Assembly (NCBI GenBank): GCA_051439425.1 | Contig: JBFRWD010000102.1 | Location: forward strand, 5,603 to 69,602 | Length of the DNA: 64,000 nt | Reading direction: 5' to 3' | From: Synechococcus sp. | GTDB taxonomy: Bacteria > Cyanobacteriota > Cyanobacteriia > Thermostichales > PCC-7336 | Part shown: piece after piece, positions 51,761 to 62,400 of the stretch | How the letters are laid out: each line of letters begins with the position of its first letter | How positions within the stretch are numbered: position 1 is the stretch's first letter | Made by a program: the position numbers and the translations under genes | The notes under the pieces: model-generated | Told to the model about the DNA's origin: nothing | Databases searched by the model: none | What the model saw: only the letters and a program-made list of their open reading frames with translations

Positions 51761-52561
51761 ATGGCTCAACTAAATTCCTCTACAATCCGTCCAAACCTTC
51801 GTATAGTACTTGAACTGTCACGCCAGGATTTAGCTGTAAATAATTCTCGCTCGAATCTAGGCTGGTTATGGTGGTTCTTAGACCCACTTGCCCAGATTGG
51901 GATCTTGTGGTTTTTTAAGGTTCTGGTTTTTGGAGTAGATAGATATCAACCGTATGTTATTTTCGTTGGATGCGCAATTATCTGTTGGAAGTTTTTAAGT
52001 TCATCAGTGAATCGTTCATCAAATCTATTGCGTGCTAAAGAATCGCTGATAAAGTCTTTCCCATTTCCAACAATCGTGCTTCCATGCTCGCTAGTTTTTA
52101 CACAATTAATATTCTTTTTGACAGGGTTAATCGTTTTGATAGGAGTAGCAGTATTAATCGGTCAACCAGTTACACCAATGCTGCTTCAGATTATACCATT
52201 AACACTTTTGATGATACTTGCAGTTTTAGGTGTTACTTTGTTAGTAGCAGTTTTAGGTGTCTTTCTGCAAGATTTGAACAATATAACTACACACCTACTC
52301 CGGATTCTTTGGTACCTTAGCCCAGGAATATACAGCACATCTCTGGTAGCAGAGCGTTTCGGAGTAGACCCAACATGGGTGAGAATATATAAACTCAGTC
52401 CAGTTGCAATTCTTTTTGAAGGCTTTCGTTCTTCAATATTTAGTCCAGAATGGATTTCACCTCAAGACTGGATTGTATTCGCAGGATTCTCCTTCATTGC
52501 CGTTACAATTGGTTTTGCAACCTATCAACGCTTCGATCGGCGACTAATCAAGTACTTTTAA
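51761..52561 (+). CDS. ABC-2 polysaccharide export permease (Wzm/KpsM/TagG-like)
   Basis: SNLGWLWWFLDPL, LIKSFPFP, FLQDLNNI, WYLSPGIY; about 6 TM segments. Confidence 0.92.
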   Translation: MAQLNSSTIRPNLRIVLELSRQDLAVNNSRSNLGWLWWFLDPLAQIGILWFFKVLVFGVDRYQPYVIFVGCAIICWKFLSSSVNRSSNLLRAKESLIKSFPFPTIVLPCSLVFTQLIFFLTGLIVLIGVAVLIGQPVTPMLLQIIPLTLLMILAVLGVTLLVAVLGVFLQDLNNITTHLLRILWYLSPGIYSTSLVAERFGVDPTWVRIYKLSPVAILFEGFRSSIFSPEWISPQDWIVFAGFSFIAVTIGFATYQRFDRRLIKYF

Positions 52562-53418
52562 TGAGAAAGAATATTACAAGAACAGCAGATAGTGCAAAAA
52601 ACGAGCACAAGCAAGCAATCTTGGAGGCGAGAGGCGTAGGGTTGTGCTATAACCTCAAAACAGCTAAAGCATTTAAGAATCGACGTAAAGCTGCAAAGAT
52701 TAAAGACTTGCGATTTGAGGACAATTTATTTTGGGCCCTTAGAGATATAAACCTTGACTTCTACTCGGGGCAAACAATTGGAATAATCGGTCCTAACGGT
52801 GCTGGCAAAAGCACACTATGTTCCGTCCTCGCTGGTATTATTCCTCCTGACGAAGGAATTGTAAAATCTAGAGGAGATGTTGGAGCACTACTTTCGATTG
52901 GAGCTGGTGGCTCTGGTTGGCTAACTGGCCGTCAAAATATTATGACAACATCTATTTTATTTGGTTTATCTCGCGAAGAGATCAAAGAAAGAATTGATGA
53001 GATCATTGAATTCTCTGGGCTTGGCGAACATATAGATCAACCTGTACGAACCTATTCATCTGGAATGAAGTCGAGACTCACTTTTTCTGTTGCTACGTGT
53101 ATTGAAAGAGAAATCTTATTCCTCGATGAAGTTTTGAGTGTAGGAGACAAATCCTTCAAAAAGAAAGCACAAAAGCGTATGACTGCGATGATGAGTTCAA
53201 GCAAGTTAGTAGTCGTAGTTTCCCATAGTCTATCTTTTGTAAGAGAGACTACTACACATTGTCTCTGGCTAAACAAAGGACGTGTAAAGAGATTTGGAAA
53301 GCCAGATGATGTAGTTGCTGCATACGAAGAATTTGAAGAGAGAAAACAAGAGAAGAAACAAAAAAGAAAAGCCAAACGAAATCCACAAACTAATGAGGTT
53401 CAACAATCAAGTTACTAA
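52561..53418 (+). CDS. ABC polysaccharide export ATPase (Wzt/KpsT/TagH-like) without C-terminal CBM
   Basis: ATG overlaps the permease stop (TAATG); FWALRDINL, GPNGAGKST, YSSGMKSRL, ILFLDE, VSH; 285 aa. Confidence 0.93.
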   Translation: MRKNITRTADSAKNEHKQAILEARGVGLCYNLKTAKAFKNRRKAAKIKDLRFEDNLFWALRDINLDFYSGQTIGIIGPNGAGKSTLCSVLAGIIPPDEGIVKSRGDVGALLSIGAGGSGWLTGRQNIMTTSILFGLSREEIKERIDEIIEFSGLGEHIDQPVRTYSSGMKSRLTFSVATCIEREILFLDEVLSVGDKSFKKKAQKRMTAMMSSSKLVVVVSHSLSFVRETTTHCLWLNKGRVKRFGKPDDVVAAYEEFEERKQEKKQKRKAKRNPQTNEVQQSSY

Positions 53419-53593
53419 ATAGATAATACAAACATGAATACTTATATTATCTGGCAGAGATGATTTTTTCTTAAAAAGACAAAATCCTAAAATATCCGAA
53501 TATAGCTTCTGGTATGTCTAAGAATACCTAGTGCAAAATAGCTCTCTTCCATAAAAGAACTTAACTACATGGAGGTAGCAGTCATAAATAGCT

Positions 53594-54940
53594 CTAATTA
53601 GTCATTTCTTTTTGATAGACCTGATTTAACAACTTATTGAATTTTGCAATTTTAGGATTTATCTGAATAGATTTTCTAAGAACAGATGCCGCACGTACCG
53701 GTCCGCTATACTTCAAGAAATCTTTGACAATGCCTCTGTAGTAATTATCATCGGTGATTCCAATCTCAATGGCGTTTTGAAAAGAATGTTCCAGCAAGTA
53801 TTTTGAGGCTGGATGACAGTCTTCACTATGTTCACGCAAAAACCTAGAGTAATGCAGACAAAGGATAGGGTTATCAAGAATTAGAGTAGGTATAGAGAAG
53901 TCACCACTAGTTCTATTTAGATCTTTATTATATTCTGGAAGGATTTGACGAAAGAAATCAAGCGTTGTTAAGTCATAGGATTCAACTATCTGAGAAATAT
54001 CTGTATAATTCTCTTGCTCTCCAGGATGACCATCATGTGGATTAAAATCTTTCTCAAATAAAAGCGAAAGGTCTGTATCAAACAACTTATCTATCTTCAT
54101 TAAAGGTTTTCTGTTGTTGACAGTTATTACACTATCAAGAACAGGTTTTAGAACTGGTTTTGTCATTATCAGATTTTCAGAGAGTATGGCATGTATTTTC
54201 TTGAAGAAAAAGAGAATATTATTAGATTTAGTATGATGGTAGCCACTATGCTCTGCAAGAAAATCTCGCCTATAGTTCTGCAAAAGGATCATTTGCTCAG
54301 AGCTCAAGGATAAGTTCTTATTTTTGCTTTCATGAGAAAGATGGCTTAAGCTTTCACTAGTAAAGTCTTCTAGCCTTTTATAAAAATCTAGAACAACGTC
54401 ACCACCCGACAGTTTACGTTTATCAAATGCCTGTAAACTAAAGCAATCTTTACCTACTAAAGAAATCCAACGCTCAAGAGGCCTATAAACCTTTATTTTA
54501 AACTCCAGTGGGTTTGAAATAATATGGTCAGCTTTGACTCTCTGTTGCATTAGAGAAAGGTAGAAGTCTGCAGGCCTGCGAATGTATGCGATTACTTTAA
54601 TAGAACTAAATTTAATATCAATAGAATCTAGCAGTATTTTCTGTTGTTGCTCACTGATACCTAACAAGTTTTCGGCAGACATCAGTATACATCTTACATT
54701 ATGTTTTAGAGCCAGTTCTCGAATCTCTCTTAAGGAGTTTTGAGCTTGATTTTTTAGGGAGTAATGTTCTTCCCTAGGAGCTCTAGTATTTCCACCCAAA
54801 GCATAAATCAAATTTAAGTGGCTTCTCTCAGTGTGATAGAGAATGCCAGACTTGAGCAGCAATTTTGCGTTAACTCTCAAGTCTTTCTGTATGCTCGTTG
54901 TTCCTGTTTTTCCTTGGCCTACATGTAAGATCAAATCCAT
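53594..54940 (-). CDS. Sulfotransferase-like P-loop protein
   Basis: MDLILHVGQGKTGTTSIQ and YIRRPADFYLS; ATG at 54940. Confidence 0.7.
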   Translation of the reverse strand: MDLILHVGQGKTGTTSIQKDLRVNAKLLLKSGILYHTERSHLNLIYALGGNTRAPREEHYSLKNQAQNSLREIRELALKHNVRCILMSAENLLGISEQQQKILLDSIDIKFSSIKVIAYIRRPADFYLSLMQQRVKADHIISNPLEFKIKVYRPLERWISLVGKDCFSLQAFDKRKLSGGDVVLDFYKRLEDFTSESLSHLSHESKNKNLSLSSEQMILLQNYRRDFLAEHSGYHHTKSNNILFFFKKIHAILSENLIMTKPVLKPVLDSVITVNNRKPLMKIDKLFDTDLSLLFEKDFNPHDGHPGEQENYTDISQIVESYDLTTLDFFRQILPEYNKDLNRTSGDFSIPTLILDNPILCLHYSRFLREHSEDCHPASKYLLEHSFQNAIEIGITDDNYYRGIVKDFLKYSGPVRAASVLRKSIQINPKIAKFNKLLNQVYQKEMTN

Positions 54941-55834
54941 CTCATACCCTCTCAAAGCTTTTTTATAAAAAATCCTCAATAATAGAATTCAAGGAAAATA
55001 GAAATATATCTTATATTTCAGCTTGAATAGAAGTAAGAGAATTAAACACATTTAATACCTTAATCTATATTGCATCACAAAAGGCTATAAAGCGATGAAT
55101 TCTACCTAGCTCTGTAAGAATGCATATCAAGGCTTTTTCTTATATAAACTGCTCGGTAGCTTTTCAAAAATTTTACTTTAGCATCCACAATAGTAACACA
55201 AAAAATAAATTATCATAAGGGATACTAGAAAAGAACAATAGTATATTTAATGCCCATACACATGAACACCAACTCTATGTCTATCAATGCACTTATTATA
55301 CAACCACTTTAATGTCAAGCTTTCAATCTCTGATTTATTCTTCTACTAATCTTTTAATAAGATTTATACCCTAGCATTGACTTATGCAAATTCCAATATC
55401 TCTCCAGAAGTATTTAGGTCATTCCTATAGAGTTTATATTCAACGGACTTAAATATCTCTGGTATCTTTAGACAGTGTCGGCGAATCAACTTCTGAAGTT
55501 TTACCATTCCAACTCATACATAGAACTCCAAAATAGACCTCCAATATCTTAGACGATTAAAATATTTCCTAAACAGAAATCTTTAGTAGTTTTATCACTG
55601 CAATTAGTAACTACTTCTTTGTTATTTTTGTGACAAGTGCATCACTAGCTAGGATTAGGATAGAATTTCTGACTCTAGAGTCATTCACCCCATCCTCTTT
55701 AGCTCGAACAATCGTGCTAGTTTTATTGGCCATCTGATATCGGAAATCGAATCTCACAAGGTACAACAAATATTTAGTATAATAAACTTTTAGTCAACAC
55801 AGCACGCACTACTTTTCTTCATTCATTAGATGAC

Positions 55835-58800
55835 ATGATTGCTCCTAACCAGCTTATTGTTTTGGGAATGCACCGTTCCGGAACTTCTTGTGTAACTCGC
55901 ATTCTTAGCCTAATGGGAGCATATTGTGGTCAACCCAGCATGCTAACTGGGGCAAATGATGAGAACCCCAAAGGTTTTTTTGAGCGGCGCGATATTCGTC
56001 AGATTTGCGACAGACTCTTGCATAGTACAGGTGCTGACTGGTGGAAAGTCTCTGATTTTTCTGTAAAAAATATTCCAAACGAGGTCATTGAAGAATGTCA
56101 TGATGTCTTTCAAGCCGCTCTTACCGATCTCAACTCACACCTACCTTGGGTGATAAAAGAACCCAGACTCTGTCTTCTATTTCCAATCTTTCGCCAATGG
56201 CTAACCGACCCCATCTGCATTCATGTTCATAGAAACCCCCTAGAAGTGGCACGTTCATTACGTACCCGAAATGGTTTTAGTATTAGCTTTGGTCTAGCTT
56301 TGAGAGAAACTTATCATCGTCATGCAATATCTGCCTCTACTGGTTTACCTCATTTGTGTGTCTCTTACAACGACTTAATGAGTCAAGCTGAGATAGAGAT
56401 TCCTCGTTTACACGAACGGTTGACTTCTTCTGGAGTTGCGGGATTATCTCTGCCGGCACAATCTGATTTGCATGTGTTTGTGGATCGTAATCTATATCGA
56501 CAACGAGAACAAACATCTCAATCCATTGTATTTGCCCTACCTACTCAAGCGGAGTTTCATCCAACTGATTTAGAATCAGCTGGTAACGAATCATTATTCA
56601 ATAGTGAAAGCTTATTTCAAAGTATTGACTATGCATTGCGAGATGGAGAACGTCTTCATCAACAGTCAACTGCTTTCGAATTAATAATTAAGAAGCTAGA
56701 AAACAAGAATCGATACCTTGAATCTGAGTTATCTCGTATTCAAGAGGTTTCAAGAGCAAGAAGATCTCACATCAACCAACTTGAGAGAGATGTCAATAGT
56801 CAAACGAGAATTGCAAATCTGAAATCAAAGACTATTCAAGAGACATCAAAGACTATTCAAGAGAAATCAAAGACTATTCAGAAGCAATCTGAAATAATCC
56901 AGAAATACAGGCAAGAGCTTTTAGAAATAACTTCATCAGATATATTTAGAATAACAAATTTATTTGCAAAAGCCTATGGACTTTTACTACCCAAAGCCAT
57001 TAAGCCATTTGTTCGTTCGTCTGCAAAAGTAGGCTACCACATGGGTCTTAGTACGATCCAATTAGCAAAAGGAATCCTTCGATTTAATCTTCAAACAATT
57101 TTCAAAACTTCTAAAAGCAAAAGCTTTAATAGAGATAGATTTTTCAAAAGTAGGCAGAACTTTGAAAAGTTTCATCAACTGGAAGTTGACGTTATTGTTT
57201 GTGTCCACAACAGCTTAGAGGATGTCATATCTTGTTTGAGATCGGTAGTGGGATTGCAAATGGACAATGTGCGGATTATTGCTGTTGACGATGGTTCTGA
57301 TGAAGAAACTAGAAATTATTTGTCGAATTTCTTTGCAGATCGACCCAACGATAGATTGATTGTTCATCAAAAAGCAAAGGGTTACACTTGTGCTGCCAAT
57401 GCCGGATTAAAAGCATCTACTGGAGATTATGTAGTTCTTCTCAACAGTGACACGATTGTTACTGATGGTTGGCTGGAAAAACTCTTAATGGTTGGAGAAT
57501 CCGATCCTGCTATCGGAATCGTCGGCCCACTCTCAAATGCTGCTAGTTGGCAGTCCATACCTGAAGTCATGCGAAAAGACGGAAAGGATTGGTCCGTTAA
57601 TCCTATTCCATCTGGTTTATCGATAGAGAGAATGAATCAAATTGTCGATCTGCAATCTAACCTAATATTCCCCCGTGTCCCTTTATTAAATGGTTTTTGT
57701 TATGCCATTAAGCGTTCCACTATTGAAAAGATTGGCTATTTAGATGAAGAAAACTTCCCAAAAGGATATGGAGAAGAAAATGACTATAGTTTTAGAGCTG
57801 CTGATGCAGGATTTTCCTTAGCAATTGCCACACATTGTTACATCTATCATTCCAAATCCAGAAGTTATACTCATGAGCGCCGTAAAGAGCTAGCCCGTTT
57901 GGGAGGAGATGCTTTTAATCTCAAACATGGTAAGGACCGTGTGGAAAATGCAGTTAAATTGATGAAAACTGAGCCTACATTAAAACAGATGCGCTCTAGA
58001 ACTGAAGCTTTAATCAAAAAGCTTCCTCTATCAGGGTCGAAAGCTGATTCATTATGTTCAGTGCTATTCTTATTGCCTGTTCCAGGAGGAAGCGGTGGTG
58101 CCCATTCGGTAGTACAAGAGGCAACTGGGTTAAGAAAGCTAGGAGTTAACGCTCAAATTGCCATGCCACAAGAGCATCGAATCGCGTTCGAAGCACATTA
58201 TTTCGATACGTTTCCATTAGATGAATTATTGGCTGTATATGGAGATGAGACTCAATTACTGGCTGAAGCAAAGCATTTCGATATTGTTGTTGCAACGATC
58301 TTTACCTCTATCAAATTACTTGACCTGATTTGCCAGAAATATCCAAACATTACTCCTGCCTACTACGCCCAAGACTACGAACCATTATTTGAATTATCGA
58401 AACGAGAGCGCCAAGAAGCTCTAAGCTCTTACACTCGCGTTCCTAATACAGCAATTTTTGCCAAAACTCAGTGGTTGCAGCAGGAAATTGAAAGTCATCA
58501 TGATGTCAGAGTCTTTCGAGTTACCCCCAGTCTCGATCTCGATACATTTTTCGAACATGGGCGAACGGAAAATGCCCGTATACGGATTACAGCCATGGTT
58601 CGACTCAGCACCCCCCGGCGTGCTCCATTTCGAACCCTCCGCATCCTCCAAAGGATTGCACAAACCCATTCAAACAGAGTCAAGATCCAAATTTTCGGCA
58701 GCAGCGATGCTGAGCTGCTTGAAGCAGGGGTTGATGTGGCCGAGTCAAACATTGATAACCATGGATTACTAACTCGGCTGCAAGTTGCAGATTTACTACG

Positions 58801-59131
58801 TAACAGTGACATTTTTGTCGATTTATCTGACTATCAAGCCTTTGGTCGCACGGGCTTAGAGGCAATGGCTTGCGGTACCGTGCCGATCTTGCCAATTAAG
58901 GGTGGAGCCCGAGAATATGCCGTGCACGATGCCAACGCTTTGTTGGTGGACACATCGAATGAAGACGCTTGCGAAGCCAGTATTCAGCGCTTGATTGATA
59001 ATGAAGAACTTTTAGGCGCATTACAACAGCGTGGACTGGAGACAGTAAAAAATTACTCGATCGAAGACACAGTTTACTCGGAATTGATTCTGTTTCTCAG
59101 CTTGCTGTTGTACCGCGAATCTGCTCCTTAG
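55835..59131 (+). CDS. Multidomain protein: sulfotransferase-like + coiled coil + GT2 + GT4/WsaF-like
   Basis: VLGMHRSGTS..VHRNPLEVARS; heptad repeats; DVIVCVHNS..VDDGS..LLNSDT; YYAQDYEPLF..FGRTGLEAMACG. Confidence 0.88.
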   Translation: MIAPNQLIVLGMHRSGTSCVTRILSLMGAYCGQPSMLTGANDENPKGFFERRDIRQICDRLLHSTGADWWKVSDFSVKNIPNEVIEECHDVFQAALTDLNSHLPWVIKEPRLCLLFPIFRQWLTDPICIHVHRNPLEVARSLRTRNGFSISFGLALRETYHRHAISASTGLPHLCVSYNDLMSQAEIEIPRLHERLTSSGVAGLSLPAQSDLHVFVDRNLYRQREQTSQSIVFALPTQAEFHPTDLESAGNESLFNSESLFQSIDYALRDGERLHQQSTAFELIIKKLENKNRYLESELSRIQEVSRARRSHINQLERDVNSQTRIANLKSKTIQETSKTIQEKSKTIQKQSEIIQKYRQELLEITSSDIFRITNLFAKAYGLLLPKAIKPFVRSSAKVGYHMGLSTIQLAKGILRFNLQTIFKTSKSKSFNRDRFFKSRQNFEKFHQLEVDVIVCVHNSLEDVISCLRSVVGLQMDNVRIIAVDDGSDEETRNYLSNFFADRPNDRLIVHQKAKGYTCAANAGLKASTGDYVVLLNSDTIVTDGWLEKLLMVGESDPAIGIVGPLSNAASWQSIPEVMRKDGKDWSVNPIPSGLSIERMNQIVDLQSNLIFPRVPLLNGFCYAIKRSTIEKIGYLDEENFPKGYGEENDYSFRAADAGFSLAIATHCYIYHSKSRSYTHERRKELARLGGDAFNLKHGKDRVENAVKLMKTEPTLKQMRSRTEALIKKLPLSGSKADSLCSVLFLLPVPGGSGGAHSVVQEATGLRKLGVNAQIAMPQEHRIAFEAHYFDTFPLDELLAVYGDETQLLAEAKHFDIVVATIFTSIKLLDLICQKYPNITPAYYAQDYEPLFELSKRERQEALSSYTRVPNTAIFAKTQWLQQEIESHHDVRVFRVTPSLDLDTFFEHGRTENARIRITAMVRLSTPRRAPFRTLRILQRIAQTHSNRVKIQIFGSSDAELLEAGVDVAESNIDNHGLLTRLQVADLLRNSDIFVDLSDYQAFGRTGLEAMACGTVPILPIKGGAREYAVHDANALLVDTSNEDACEASIQRLIDNEELLGALQQRGLETVKNYSIEDTVYSELILFLSLLLYRESAP
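56822..56905 (+). repeat. In-frame 21-bp tandem repeat (heptads KSKTIQE / TSKTIQE / KSKTIQK / QSEIIQK)
   Basis: AAATCAAAGACTATTCAAGAG, ACATCAAAGACTATTCAAGAG, AAATCAAAGACTATTCAGAAG plus one degenerate unit. Confidence 0.9.
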
Positions 59132-59486
59132 CACTCAATAGCTAAGGTCAATCCAACGTACAACTCCCTGAATTTGGTGTACGGAAAACCAATCTATATC
59201 CAAGGTCTATAGACAGTTCTAGACTCTACGGGAAGAGAACTCCTTTCGGGAAACCTGTTTAAAGGTTTGCATTACAGTATAGGATGACTGCATTTATCGC
59301 CTAACCCTTAGAGCATGTACGCCAATCTAAGACTAAACCGTTAAGCGACCCCCGGTTAGATGTTCGGTTAACGCTGAATGACTGCGAAGTTTGGCTTGAC
59401 TGCCTAGCGTTCTACAGATATCTCCAGGAAAGCTAAACCCATCGAGCAGCATCATTTCATACCTTGCGTCAGCACCAAACACATTT

Positions 59487-62400
59487 ATGAAGCGTTTTTT
59501 CTCTCCCAAGTCTGTCCTCAAACGAGGCAAAGCTTACTTAAAGAATCGCTGGCGTAAGTGGAAAGAGCACGAGGCCCATCAAGGTAAGTTGGAGCTAGTT
59601 GAGAATAGCTGTTTGCTGGGTTGGGTGTTCGATTCTGCCAACCCAAACAGATCCGTTGAATATATCCTGTGGGTCGATGGTAAACAGTTTGGACGAGATA
59701 TTGCCGCTTGGCCGCGTTCAACCCCCCCTCACAAGGCTGGTATTCAATTTCCTCTGTCAGAGGAGATTTTAGATGGTAAGCGCCATTCGTTTCAGCTGGA
59801 AATTGCACCTTCAGGGATCCGGTTTCCTCGAAACCCAGTATTGCTGCGTACGAACTCACCATCCCCATCCGTGGAAACAGACGCTAGAGGGCATCGATTT
59901 CCAGGGGTTCTGGGTGGCATCGAGCACGTTGGTGCTGGTGGCGCTGTAACGGGTTGGTTATTCGATCCGGCGCGACCTAATACCTCATTATCTTTATGTC
60001 TACTTGTCGATGGCAAAGAAGTCGGTTGGACGCTTGCATGCCTGTATAGAGAAGACCTGCTTTCATTCAATATCGGTGATGGGCGAAAGGGGTTTCACTT
60101 CACAATACCGTCCTATCTCCAGGACGGACGAGAGCACGAGCTGCAAGTGCGAATACTTGGAAGCAATCAATGTTTGCTCAATCAGCCCATAACCAAAATC
60201 ATTTCATCCACCTCTATAGAAGACGAGATAGAGCGGTATTTCGGCTTCATTCAATTACAAGGCGATCGGCTAGTCGGCGAGGTCGGCGATCGCCTCCAAC
60301 CTAACTTGCCAGTGCCGATAGAAATAGTTTTGAACAATCGCGCCCGTGCATTCATCACCCCTTCCATTGCTCGCGATGGTTCCGAACGAACTCTACTGCA
60401 TTGCTTTGATGAGCCTGTCAGTCGTTTCTTAAGTGAGGGAGAACGTTTGCACTCAGCGGCATTTCGTATCGCTGGAACAGACAAATATTTCATTGACGCC
60501 CATAGCCCAGCTGCTTTCTTGGCTTCACATGGCCAAGCCACTCGGGACGACAGCCAAAAGCCCAGACTCACTATCATTGCTTGGGATGCCACCCACAACC
60601 CTCTGGGGCGGGCGTACATTTTAGCTGAAATGATGCGGCACGACTTCGAGGTGGAAATCATTGCCCCGATGTTCCCTCAATACGGAACGGACATTTGGGA
60701 GCCGTTGCGTCAAGCCCCCATTCCTATCCGCACCTTCTGGGGCCGTCCTTTTCCCGAACACTTCGAAGATTTATCTACTATTGCCGCAAGTATTGAAACC
60801 GACTATGTTTGGGTATCCAAACCACGTCTCCCATCACTCGAACTTGGTTTTCTGGTAAAAGAACGGCTTGGGTGTCCCTTAATTGTCGATGTTGACGATC
60901 TCGAACTATCTTTTTTTCCAGACGAGCGACAGTGCACGCTGGAGGATCTCGAACAAGCCCGCATTGAAACATCCACAGAGTTTTTCAAGCCCTACGGGCA
61001 CTATTGGACCGCTCTGTGCCAAAGTTTGCTAGACGAGGCTGATTTGGTCACGACTAGCAACCATACCCTACAATCCCGCTTTGGTGGAATTATTGTCCCG
61101 CACATTCGGGATGAAACCGTGTTCGATCCTGCACTCTATGACCGCGATCGTCTGCGGAAAGAGATGGGGTATTCACCCGACGATCGTGTTGTCTTGTTCT
61201 TAGGAACACCGCGTCTCCACAAGGGATTTGGCCGAGTCCTAGAAGCTCTGGAAGCCATTGGCAATCCACAGTACAGCCTGCTCCTTGTCGGTACTATAAC
61301 GGACACCAAGACTCGCCAATTAATTGATAAATGTGACCAGCGCTATCTCAAAAAACGTCCAAATTGCAGTTTTCAAGAATTATCAGGTCTGGTAGCCTGT
61401 GCAGATCTTGTTTGTATTCTGCAAGATCCTCGCAGTCGGATTTCAGCTTATCAAATGCCAGCAAAGTTTACCGATGCTTTGGCAATGTGTGTTCCAGTAT
61501 TGGCAACATCAGTCCCCCCTCTTGAACCACTGATTGACGCAGGGCTAATTATTTCTGCCCAAATGGATAATCTTGACGCACAGCTCGGTCAAATCTTAGA
61601 TAACATAATCGACTATCGAGAGCAGGCAAAACAAGCAAGAGCTACATTTTTAGATAACTTTAGCTATCAAGCGGTATCGAGCCAACTAGGCCCCACACTT
61701 CTGAAACTTCAAGGTAAATCTCGGACTCTTGGGGAGGCCGGTGCAAGTTTACTTGACTATCACCGCCAACATTTTCCCTATACCAGCTCACCCGTTCATG
61801 CCGACTCTCATCAACCAATTGACATTGTATTTTTCTGGAAACAGTTTGATTCAGGTATATACGGTCGTCGACCAGACATGATAGTTAAGTATTTAGCGCA
61901 AGATTCTCGTGTGCGGCGTATCGTTCACTTTGAACCCCCAATCTCAAAACGTCAATTATCTGTATTCGAAAGCGATTCTCTGGGACAGTTAAGCCAAGCC
62001 AGATTTGTTTACGACAACGTCATATCCCGAAACCGTTGCGAACGCGATAGCGAAAAGATTCTACGGAGAACGTTGATCGTCGAGGAGCCATCTGGCAATT
62101 CAGGACTATCAACAAGTCAAGCCTATGTTGAATTTGTCAAACAGACTTTACAAGATGCTGATGTCGATGCTGGCAATTCTGTATTCTGGTTTTGTCCCAA
62201 AAACGTATGGTTTCAATCCCTCGTGGATTCATTGCGACCAAGATTAGTGGTTTCTGACATCATTGACGATCATCGCAAGTGGGCTCAATTGTTGCAGAGG
62301 GAGCTAGACGTTAGTAAAAACTATGCACAGATTCTCACTCGTAGCCACCTCACATTTACGAATTGCGAAGAAAATCAATCCGCATTTGGAGCCTTGGCTG

